From contig JAPMXV010000070.1 of the NCBI GenBank assembly GCA_026936335.1, forward strand, positions 186,001 through 250,000: DNA of 64,000 nucleotides. The letters are read 5' to 3'. Shown in pieces: positions 20,401-28,940 of the stretch. Under the pieces are notes generated by a model that saw only the letters and a list, made by a program, of their open reading frames with translations, ran no database searches and was not told the DNA's origin. A program made the translations under genes and the position numbers. Within the stretch, counting starts at the first letter, position 1, and each line of letters starts with the position of its first letter. This DNA comes from Mantamonas sphyraenae STR306. Lineage: Eukaryota > Protista > CRuMs.

Positions 20401-23044
20401 TGCCGAGCTCCACCACACACGAAGACGATGCCAGACGCTCAGTATGTTCCGTGTCCAGCTTTGGTGTCGAGAAGCCCATGAATACTTCCCACTCGTTGTC
20501 CTCCGGGTCCGGCAGAATTGTGTTGATCACTGCGTCCAGTCGCGAGGCACCGTGGCCATCGTCATCGTCGTCTTGCTTTTGGTACACGTAGTCGATGGCA
20601 TTGCTGGCCATTGTGTCCCAAAAGACCGCCTCGCCAGAGCTGGGTGGCGTTGGACCAAGGATGGCGGCCAGCTGTTGATTGTCGCCCACGAACACGTCCA
20701 TGGAGGCATCAACACCCGCCTTCTTCATCGCCTTGGTCATCTTCGTGTTGAGCTTTTCGCGCACGGTTGCCTCCAGCACGCCACGCATCTTGCTGAGCCG
20801 CTCGCGCTTCCCATTGTCGGCATGCTTCTTGCACAGGGCTTCCCACTTCTTGACCGAGATCATGTTGTTGTACATGGATGCAGGGTTGGTGTACTCAATC
20901 TCGTCTGTGCCCCGGGCCGCTGCCACAAGGCCCTCGACACCCTCTGCCGCCACGTCAACCGCCACCGGGTACACGTGTCGGGATCCGATGTTCTCCAACG
21001 GCACATGTGATGCATCGTGTCGCTTCATCGCCTCCCAACGCGTCCGAATCTGTTCTTTCAGGCCGTCCAGCGCGCCACGCAGGGTCTGTTCGCCTTCCAG
21101 CTGGCGCGCCTGCTCCACCACCTCTCCTGGTGGGAGCAGACGTGCCTTTCGCAATGTGTCATGGTCTGTCACGGCATAATCATTGGCGTACGCCGCAAAC
21201 AGGGATCCAATGTGTCCGCCACCACCCAGGTCGACTTGACCCAGCACCTGAGGACCAGGCAGGCCACTCCAATCCAGCTCAGCTTTCGTTCCACCCGTAT
21301 CGAACACGGCGTCCCATGCGTGCAATGACGTGAGGGTGTTGATCGTGCGGTCGTCGAAGCCCATTTGACACAGGTGGAACTTCACGGAAGCAAGATACTT
21401 CTGGGCGTGCTCCTGCACCAGGTCCAGGTGCTTGGAAGCAGGTTGTGTGCCCCGTGTGCCTTGCAGTAGATGTGCCACGGACTTGTCGTCCCAAAGGATC
21501 GGTTGGTAGATGTACGTCAGCAAGCTCCCGCCGCCCGCCAGCAACTCATTCAGGCTCCCGGCATCCAGCCGCAGCATGTTCCTGCGCGGAGCTCGCACGG
21601 CTGCCTCAATGTCGCTCGACAACAGCAACGCCGCCACGAGTGACACCAACCGGCCGACGTGAGGCTCGACGATTGCGAAGCCAAGGCGAGGGTGCAGGAG
21701 AACAACTGGGTGCTCGGCGACGTTGTATCCCCAATCACTATCATGCAGGGTGATCACAAAGGTGACGTGTTGATCTCGGTTGTACAAACGCACCAGCTCG
21801 TTTTTGACGTCGTCGGCCAGACATGCACCGGCGTTCTCATTCACCTTGTCGTTGCCACACTCGTACACATCGTGCTGGGAACACAGGTGTTTTACAGCAT
21901 GATAGACAGCAACCTGCGCCTGTCCAGTCAAACTCAACGTATGCCCCTGTGCTAGTGTCTTCAAGTCGGCCTTCTCCCGTTTCAACTTGCGCAACGTCTT
22001 GCTCATGGTCGCCACATGCGCCAGCGTGTTCTCCATGCGCCGTAGGTGCGTGCCGAAGCTAACTGACTGGGCCTGCTCATCGAGAAACTCGGGCTTCAGA
22101 TCGCAGACGAGCACGTACTTGACATTCGCATTCCAAAGGTCCACCCGCAGTTCTGTGGCCGCTTTCTCAGCCTCGACACATCGTGTAACCAGTTCACGCA
22201 CCTTCTCTTCGGGTACGTCTGACACGCGGGCCGCCTCCTCCACGACCGTGTGGACCACGGAGCTGACGTCAACCAGCACCTTCACGTCGCCTTCGAGCTG
22301 AGTCATGCCTTGCTCAAATTCGATACCGTAGGTTGCCAAGATATCTTGCTGTCGCCTCGCCTTGCCACTGCCTCCTTGTCGCCCGTGGGCCAATTGGACC
22401 GACACCACTTGGTCCGATTCAGTCGGTTTCCGTTTTTTGCCCTCCTGCGCTTTCCTTGGACGTCTTGCGACCGGGCTGTACTCCTCATCCTCACTATCCT
22501 CCTCATCATCGCTGTACTCCTCATCCTCGCGGTACTCCTCATAGTCGCCGTAAACCAATTCCGTGTCCATAGCCGCCTGAGCGGCTGCAAACATCCAGAC
22601 GCTTCCTACACCTCCCTCCACCTTCGAACTTCGGCGTGGCCCTTGCACGTCCACCACAGTCTCCCGGGCGCTAACACCAAGCACACACACATCACAGAAT
22701 CGTTCTTGCAGTCCCACGCCATTGTCACAATGAACAGAAGCACAGACGTGGCGGCGCGAACGCTTCATTCCGGACCGCTCGGAAACCGAAAGGCCGTCCT
22801 CACCGTCGTTGTCAAGGGCGATGTTGCTGTGGCTACGTTTCCGTTTGTCATTATGCTTTGCATGCTTTGCGTGGTGTTCGCTCATTGTGCGCGTTTTCTT
22901 GCCCCCTGTGGCGCAGCTTGTTTGGCGTTCGGTCCTCATCTGCAGGCCATACGGGCCAAATACAACGAGCACAGCCCCATGACACACAAATGCAGGCGCC
23001 ATGCCAAAGGTGGAATGAACAAACTTCAGAAAGGGGATTTTCAT
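17414..23044 (-). CDS. Giant Fanzor/TnpB-like RuvC endonuclease with N-terminal FEN1/XPG-like 5' nuclease (PIN-fold) domain; start may be ATG 23044, 22885 or 22570
   Basis: Numbering follows the 1886-aa track ORF. RuvC-I FLAMDPG D1587 (18314-16); LLCIGDG (G-D codons 17795-17800); VRVNECNTT E1787 (17714-16); CPTC...CERC zinc ribbon; NRDFASA D1826 (17597-99). N-terminal motifs: VLVD269, LVCD325, LAD421D422, HD445SD447, LLSSD488. Confidence 0.85.
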   Translation of the reverse strand: MKIPFLKFVHSTFGMAPAFVCHGAVLVVFGPYGLQMRTERQTSCATGGKKTRTMSEHHAKHAKHNDKRKRSHSNIALDNDGEDGLSVSERSGMKRSRRHVCASVHCDNGVGLQERFCDVCVLGVSARETVVDVQGPRRSSKVEGGVGSVWMFAAAQAAMDTELVYGDYEEYREDEEYSDDEEDSEDEEYSPVARRPRKAQEGKKRKPTESDQVVSVQLAHGRQGGSGKARRQQDILATYGIEFEQGMTQLEGDVKVLVDVSSVVHTVVEEAARVSDVPEEKVRELVTRCVEAEKAATELRVDLWNANVKYVLVCDLKPEFLDEQAQSVSFGTHLRRMENTLAHVATMSKTLRKLKREKADLKTLAQGHTLSLTGQAQVAVYHAVKHLCSQHDVYECGNDKVNENAGACLADDVKNELVRLYNRDQHVTFVITLHDSDWGYNVAEHPVVLLHPRLGFAIVEPHVGRLVSLVAALLLSSDIEAAVRAPRRNMLRLDAGSLNELLAGGGSLLTYIYQPILWDDKSVAHLLQGTRGTQPASKHLDLVQEHAQKYLASVKFHLCQMGFDDRTINTLTSLHAWDAVFDTGGTKAELDWSGLPGPQVLGQVDLGGGGHIGSLFAAYANDYAVTDHDTLRKARLLPPGEVVEQARQLEGEQTLRGALDGLKEQIRTRWEAMKRHDASHVPLENIGSRHVYPVAVDVAAEGVEGLVAAARGTDEIEYTNPASMYNNMISVKKWEALCKKHADNGKRERLSKMRGVLEATVREKLNTKMTKAMKKAGVDASMDVFVGDNQQLAAILGPTPPSSGEAVFWDTMASNAIDYVYQKQDDDDDGHGASRLDAVINTILPDPEDNEWEVFMGFSTPKLDTEHTERLASSSCVVELGSLEKLRNAALINARSVEELDAMAHAFGLIVAIQCDLLECGLLEPSKELENVLSACLQLKVGRFYLKPPSEVEITCEATPKLPKFPKYISVTADLVLSRQPSGGVVAEYLDELAPEEARCGIDLRCLPSGAFTALCQRGAALVLTNWKVMLINQAVDNLVDLVVASNGDVERRDVLAVVKRLHKGVDDKEDTDAQDTPTSKACEHAVATVLREVVGLSVDRYKALMCNDPSDSGADSHDCAYNLARECQSTRKLYPVKQSLHHQLAVERELLFGRWALSALCDGLLDVCWEDKEDTMLAWSILCGAVTSSPGACSSEGEYFPPPCPHCVAGGPCDCAVGSWLRGAKLAGNGQHVHALRASFAWHMVKIGEENGSSRLFSRDAIKAMQVCASRCANGTARVVTHNEDHNIIPGEDMGTYTDPLLLAAFDVFAVLDPMHAPRISKTPFINDGHLSLRLFSAVHALHVRHWQVPAGPGQRRLYYLEHLILPDERLSLFPTLRACLNLLRNPTATSLSDTKPVDDAQLLRFLKGNVGFLEDAPLAERAQSSPFLSHSKPRYNFAIHGKGALEGTSTRCRDKDARTEDQGNQRRLIERVAAVTIRLCQVAMYVAAHQHRERGKEEEAPQEADGDGAAQTQTEAVHKLLRKWLPQSADKIIALKLCPESMEHSRRPHGVVSSFSRLIPLSSKANARLQFLAMDPGISNAPSALYIPRTELVENHNVLHFADAWRFSPPSLGAMERRTGIKRDNALLSAAVREKMQELRSKRSGLFVDVHTAARAGRVVKSQCSGKILESEQGSSAQFNEGCSQRGDSKTHDRREQKRRIRKMREQWLAQVRATEKMQLELEEGQVRGITLMEEGQLRRITLLCIGDGFKGGRGGVKKLEELAKHNMIVVRVNECNTTLRCPTCGSVHKSKHGSDRTARVKYCERCEMHRNRDFASAQAIANKVYAALRGHTIWCMTKVWQRSQIGRTFRSKIGLPENVDGEAQNLEANSSAG
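17810..17875. repeat. 33-bp in-frame tandem duplication (30/33 identical) inside the RuvC region
   Basis: cagtgtgatgcgtcgcagttgcccctcctccat / cagtgtgatgcctcgcacttgcccctcctccaa, encoding LEEGQVRGITL-MEEGQLRRITL. Confidence 0.95.
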
Positions 23045-23127
23045 TGGCAACGGGGTTTGCGGTGCGAGGCTCAACTTGACCCGAATTCACTGTAATTTTC
23101 GCAAGAAGATCGATCAGCGGGAAAGAT

Positions 23128-26100
23128 ATGGACACTGAACGTGCAGCGGCATTGGCAGGCAAAGCCAAGGCAGCGGCAGACGCAGAGGCGGCGGCGGCAG
23201 CAGGGTTGATCGTGCCCAGTCGACGGCTGTCGGGAGACAAGATCAGGAAACTGGAACGAGCGTGTATGGACATGCAGGCCAAGGGGGCCACAGTAGACAA
23301 CAATGCAACATACAGGGCTCTTCTCGAGGTGCTCCACCAACACACGCATGCCCTCTCTTTTCGCAACGCCATGCATCTGCCAGCAGACGCTGCGCCAAAC
23401 GTGCTGGGCGGCAAGTCGGCCAAGAAGAGCGCCAGCGCCAAGGGCAGCCTTGCACCGGAGCAGTTTGCACAGCTCTCTGCCCTCGTGCAGGCTCGCACAC
23501 AACTCGTCCACGAGACAGAGGCCAATGATGCCCTCCTCGAACAGATTGGCTCCATGGTATGTGTGCATGTGCCTTCCCTGGCCCTTGTCCCAGCCGCGTT
23601 TGCCGCCACTTTTCCTGATCGACCCTCTTTTCCGAACCCCGGCTGACCCGATTTTCCCAACCACCCCCCCCGCTTCCCCAACCACGCATGTTACAACTTG
23701 CGAATGTGTGTGTGTGTGTGTGTCATCCCTCCTCCCTTTCCCCCCACCACTCTGGTGATTGGCCCTCTCCCCGACCCTCCTCACCGCGCCACAGCAATTG
23801 GCAGCGAGGATGGTGGCGGGAAGGAAGAGTGCGCTTGTGCCGAGCCGTCTTGCGCAGCAGGCAAGCGTTCGTTCACGACAGGCGGCACGGATGAAGGAGC
23901 TGCGTGGATTGTTGAAAGAGTCGCCAGCGAGGATGGATTGGAAGCGGGAGCTGCTTGCGTTGGAGCTGGCGGAGTTCCAGGCGGAGTTGCAGCGTGACAC
24001 GGTGCAAGGGATGGCACGGAGCGTGCGTGAGGCACGGTATGGACGGGTGCAGGCGAAAAAGACACGTCGCAAGTTCTTCCGTGTGTACACGGGTAAGGAG
24101 GAGCATCGGATGCATGCCCAGAAGGGTGGGGAGCACACGAGCAAGAGGCAACAGATTGTGGACAAGGTGTTGGAGCACCACGAGGTGTTTCGTCTGTACC
24201 ACGCCAAACAGGAGGAGCAACGCAAGATGCCCGTGCGAGGCATCAATGAACGCTTGCGGCAGCAGGAGCGGCGAAAGCGGGAGAAGGAGGAGAGGGATGA
24301 TCGTGCACGCTTGGCAGCCCTCAAGAGCAACGACGAAGCAGCCTACTTCAAGCTGGTCAAGGAGAGCAAGAACAAGCGCATCAACCATTTGCTCAAACAG
24401 ACCGACGATGTGCTTCAGGACCTGGGCAAGCGCGTGCGCGTGGCACGCGAGAGTGCACCGGGGTTCAAAAAGAGGATCACCTCGCGCTTGCCCCAGGAGG
24501 AAAAGGCCAGGCGCAAGCAGGCCAGGGACAAGAAACGTGCAGAGGCAAAGGCGCGCAAGGAGAAGGAAAAGAAAAAAAAGGCGGCAAAGCGCAGGAGGGA
24601 GGCAAGCAAGGAGGAGCAGCAGGGTGGCAGCGGGGAGCTGAAAGACGGCGACGGCGGCGTGGATGGCGACGAGGAGGACGGCGACGAGGAGGACGAGGAC
24701 GTGGACAGCGATTACGACGACAGCGACGAGGACTACGATGTGATCAACTCGAAGAACGCATACTATGGCCTTGTGCATCAGGTGCAGGAGGAGGTAAAGA
24801 CACAGCCATCCAACATTGCGTTTGGGCAGTTGAAGAACTACCAACTGGAAGGGTTGCGATGGATGATTTCGTTGTACAACAACGGACTGAACGGCATCCT
24901 GGCGGACGAGATGGGATTGGGCAAGACGGTGCAGACAATCTCTCTCTTTGCCTACCTGCTGGAGCGCAAGGACAACCCGGGCCCGCATCTGGTCATTGTG
25001 CCACTGTCGACACTCAGCAATTGGGAGTCTGAGTTTGAGCGCTGGTGTCCCTCGTTGGATGTGGTGAAGTACCACGGCAACCAGGCGGAACGAAAGGTGT
25101 TGAAGGAGCGCCTGCGCAAACCGTTCAACGTGGTGCTCACCACCAACGAGGTGGTCATGAACGACCGCACAGCACTGTCGCGCATCAGCTACCAGTACAT
25201 GGTCATCGACGAGGGTCACCGCCTGAAGAACAGCAAGAGCAAACTCAACAGCATCCTGGGCACCAATTACACCACGCAACACAGGCTGCTGCTCACGGGC
25301 ACCCCGTTGCAAAACTCGCTCAAGGAACTGTGGGCGTTGTTGAACTTCATCCTGCCCAGTGTGTTCAACTCGGCGGACGGGTTTGAGACGTGGTTTGCCC
25401 AGCCGGTGAACAAGACGATGGAAAAGGACATGCGGCTGACGGAGGAGGAGTCGTTGCTGGTCATCAACCGCCTGCACAGCGTGTTGTCGCCCTTTCTGCT
25501 GCGTCGTGTGAAGAAGGATGTGGAGAAGGAGCTGCCGGACAAGGTGGAAAAGGTGCTCAAGTGCAAGATGAGCGCGTGGCAGCACGCCCTGCACCAACAG
25601 GTGCAGGGATCGGGCATTGCCGAGGTGGACGACAAGGGCAACATCAGCGCGGCCTCACTGAGCAACACAGTGGTGCAAATCCGCAAGGTGTGCAACCATC
25701 CGTACTTGTTCTACGAGGGGGGCGAGGTCACCGACGAGATCTGGCGCAGTTCGGGCAAGTTTGAGCTGCTGGACAGGGTGCTGCCCAAAATGTTTTCCCA
25801 GGGCCACCGTGTGTTGATCTTTAGCACGATGAAGCTTGTGTGTGATCTGTTGTCGCAGTACATGGACTATCGCGGGTGGAAACACCTGCAACTGGACGGC
25901 AACACGCCGGGTGCAGAGCGTGCACAGATGCTCAAGGATTTCAATGCGCCCAATTCCCCGTACCTGTGTTTCCTGATGACCACCAAGGCCGGCGGCGTGG
26001 GATTGAACCTGCAAACGGCAGACACGGTGATCATCTTTGACAGCGACTGGAACCCGCAGAACGACCTGCAGGCGCAGGCACGTGCACACCGCATTGGACA

Positions 26101-27502
26101 AAAGAAAGAGGTGCGTGTGTTGCGTCTTGTGACGACGTCGCCGATTGAACAGGGCATTCTGGACGCAGCAGGACGCAAGCTGGACCTGGATGCAAAGGTG
26201 ATCCAAGCCGGTGGGTTCAACTCGAGCAAAACGGACAGCGAACGACGAGAGGAGTTGAAGAGGCTGATCCAGACGGAGTTGCAGAGTGTGGAAACGGTCA
26301 AGGTGCCGTCGTGGCAGGAGATCAACTTTTTGATTGCCCGCACGGAGGAAGAGGAGGATTTGTTCAACGCCATGGACAAGCAGTTGGAAGCAGAGCGACT
26401 GAAAGCGTGGGTTGCAGCAGGGCACGCAGCAGAGGATTTGCCCAAGCGACTGATGCAGAAGGAGGAGCTGGAGGAGTCGCTGCTCGTGCAGGAGGACGAT
26501 CTGCAGCAGCAGGAGATGGCCAAGGTGTTTGAGTACGGACGTGGACAGCGTGACCGACGCCAAGTGATCTACGACGACGGATTGAGCGACGACCAGTTTG
26601 CAGATCTGGTGGAGGAGGGCAAGGACATGGACGAGATCCAAGAGTTGGTGGAGAAGCGCAAGGAGGCAGAAGCAAAGGGGGAGCCGTTGGATGAGGAGGC
26701 GTTGGGCATTGGAAGAAGCAGCAGCAGCAGCAGCAGCAGCGGAGGAGGAGGGGATGGCAGTGGCATGGACACGGAGGCAGCCAGTGGGGATGACGACGAT
26801 GAGTACACGGAAGGTGGCGGGTACGGCGCTGGAGGGTCTAGGAAGCGAGGACGGGATGGGACAGGAATCGGTGGAGGACCAGTGGGTGGGGATGGCATGG
26901 GTGGTGCAGGTGGGGTCAACGGAGCGGAAGCCAAGACAGCGCGTGGACGGGCGATGAACAGACCGATGCCCAGCGACGAGGCACGGTTTGACATCGCAGT
27001 GCAGGAGTACAACGCAGGGATGAGTGGCAAGGAGATCAAGAAGCACCAGCGTGTGATGCAACGTGCATTTGGGGCGATGATGGAGAGTTTGATGGCACGG
27101 GCAGAGGCCGCCCCGCTGTTGGATCTGCCACAGGACAGCGAGGCACCCGAGTTTTACAAACAGATCGAACGGCCGGTGAGCATGCTGATGATGAAGCGCC
27201 AGGCAGAGGCGGGACGATACCGTGTGCCTGAGCAGTTCCTGGCAGACATGGACCTGTTGGTACGCAACACAATCGAGTACCACGACAGCGGCTCGCAGGT
27301 GGTGCAAGACGCCAAGTTGCTGCGTGCCTCGGTGGAATCACGCATTGGCAAGCTGCGCGAGCTGCTGGACGGTCTGCGTGAGAAGAAGGAGGAAGGGGAA
27401 GGGGAAGGGGAAGGGGACGGTGAAGGGGATGGGGATGGAGTTGGCGGCGAGGTCACCAACGGCGGAGAGACAAAGAAGAGGAAGGTGGAAGAGAGCGAAT
27501 GA
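23128..27502 (+). CDS. SNF2: SNF2/Brahma-type SWI/SNF chromatin-remodelling ATPase (QLQ-like, HSA, ATPase/helicase, bromodomain); exons 23128-23556, 23795-27502
   Basis: GILADEMGLGKT, IDEGHRLKN, LLLTGTPLQN, GLNLQTADTVIIFDSDWNPQNDLQAQARAHRIGQ, YGRGQR, and a C-terminal bromodomain-like region. Intron 23557-23794 is phase 0. Confidence 0.93.
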
Positions 27503-27586
27503 AGCAACACAGAACCCAGAGAGAGGCTTGTTTCTCAAAAAAAAAAAAACAAACAAACAAGGGATGCCATTGCGCCATGGCAACCA

Positions 27587-28852
27587 GTGAGGCAGAGCAG
27601 GGATGTCCTCGTCAAGTCACGTCGTCCGTCTTCCGGGTATCGAGTGCGCACTTCGGCAGCATCATCGGGGTCGTCATGGGCAGTGAGAGCACAGGAGGCG
27701 ACGGGAGCGCAGGCAGCAGAGAGTGCAGATGCGCAGGAGGCGGAGCTGCGTGCGTTGCAAAAGGCGATGCTGGAGGCGAGTCGGCTGGCGGAGGAAAACA
27801 AGGCTCTGCGCGGGCAGGTGAAGGAGTTGGAGCGCAGTGTGCAACGCATGGGCTCTCAGATGCAACAGGCACGCATTGAAGCAGAGGAGAAGAGGGAGGC
27901 AGAGCTGGCTGCGGCTGCAGAGGCGCACAGGCGAGAGGTGCGCGCGTTTGAGGCACAGCTGCTGCGTGCACAGAACGAAAAGGAGGCGTATCAAGTGAGC
28001 GTCAAGAGCGACATGGAGACACAGCTGCAGCTGCGAAGCTACCAACTGGAGCAGGAGAAGGAGCAATGGAAGAGGGACAAGGTGGAGGCAGCCAATGCGT
28101 TGCTGAAGGAGAAGGAGGTGAGGAGGACATGGACATTGGAGGCAGGGGCAGGGAAAAGACATTGGTACACTGACACCCCAGGCTACGTATACACACACAC
28201 ACACACTCTCTCTCTCTCTCTCTCTCTGTACACTGTGTATCACTCGCAGCATGCCATGCGTGCAGAGTTGCGTGCAGAACGGGAACGAGAACTGGAGGTG
28301 ATCATCACCAAGCTGGACGACGAATACACGGCACAGATGGATGGGATGGAGAGCAAGTGGGAACGGGAGCGTGGGGAGCTGGTGAAGCAGTGTGGGACAT
28401 GGAGACAGAAACAGGAGGAAACGGAAAGGCTGTTGCGTGCGATGCGTCTGCAGGCAGAACAGGGTGAGGAAGAGAGCGAGAGGCTACGGGAACAGATTGC
28501 AGAGGAGCAACACAAGGTGGAGGCAGAGCAGGAGGCAAAGAGGGCCATACAGAGGCAACTGGAGGAGAAGGAGGCGCAACTGGTTCGGTTGGGCGACGAA
28601 TACGAAGGCAGACTGGCTCGCATGCAGACTGAATGTGACGAGAGGGTGCACAGGATACGAAGGGAACACGAGGCTCAGATGGAGCATGTGGAGGAGCGTG
28701 TCAGGGGCGTGGTTGGAGCCAAGGACAGGCAGATCGACACCCTTCAGGCTCGTCTTCACGATGCCACCCTTGCCCTGCAACAACGCTCCGTGGCTGAGCG
28801 GGAACTGTCGCAAATTGTGCTGGGGGCAACTGTGGATGAGGAACAAGGCTGA
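27587..28852 (+). CDS. Coiled-coil protein resembling the CEP131/AZI1 C-terminus (start uncertain; in-frame intron ~28118-28249)
   Basis: ERERELEVIITKLD and EHVEERVRGVVGAKDRQIDTL resemble conserved CEP131 blocks recalled from memory. The rest is heptad-rich. Confidence 0.5.
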   Translation: MRQSRDVLVKSRRPSSGYRVRTSAASSGSSWAVRAQEATGAQAAESADAQEAELRALQKAMLEASRLAEENKALRGQVKELERSVQRMGSQMQQARIEAEEKREAELAAAAEAHRREVRAFEAQLLRAQNEKEAYQVSVKSDMETQLQLRSYQLEQEKEQWKRDKVEAANALLKEKEVRRTWTLEAGAGKRHWYTDTPGYVYTHTHTLSLSLSLYTVYHSQHAMRAELRAERERELEVIITKLDDEYTAQMDGMESKWERERGELVKQCGTWRQKQEETERLLRAMRLQAEQGEEESERLREQIAEEQHKVEAEQEAKRAIQRQLEEKEAQLVRLGDEYEGRLARMQTECDERVHRIRREHEAQMEHVEERVRGVVGAKDRQIDTLQARLHDATLALQQRSVAERELSQIVLGATVDEEQG

Positions 28853-28940
28853 GGATGGGTGGCGGTGATGAGGATGAGGATGATGATGATGATGATGAAT
28901 GCTGTTCATGTGTGGTGTGTGTGTGTGTGTGTGTCTACAT

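Larger units (their letters stand above)
17243..23080 (-). mobile_element. Putative Fanzor-carrying element (non-autonomous or domesticated); ends not defined
   Basis: A Fanzor-type ORF plus structured 3' flank sits between two conserved, divergently oriented host genes. No convincing TIR, TSD or transposase was seen. Confidence 0.3.

Noticed and set aside
17225-23013. Possible terminal inverted repeat CACCCTTTGGATG (17225-37) versus CATGCCAAAGGTG (23000-12)
   Set aside because: It is only ~13 bp, needs two indels, does not extend, and has no flanking TSD. This is compatible with chance.
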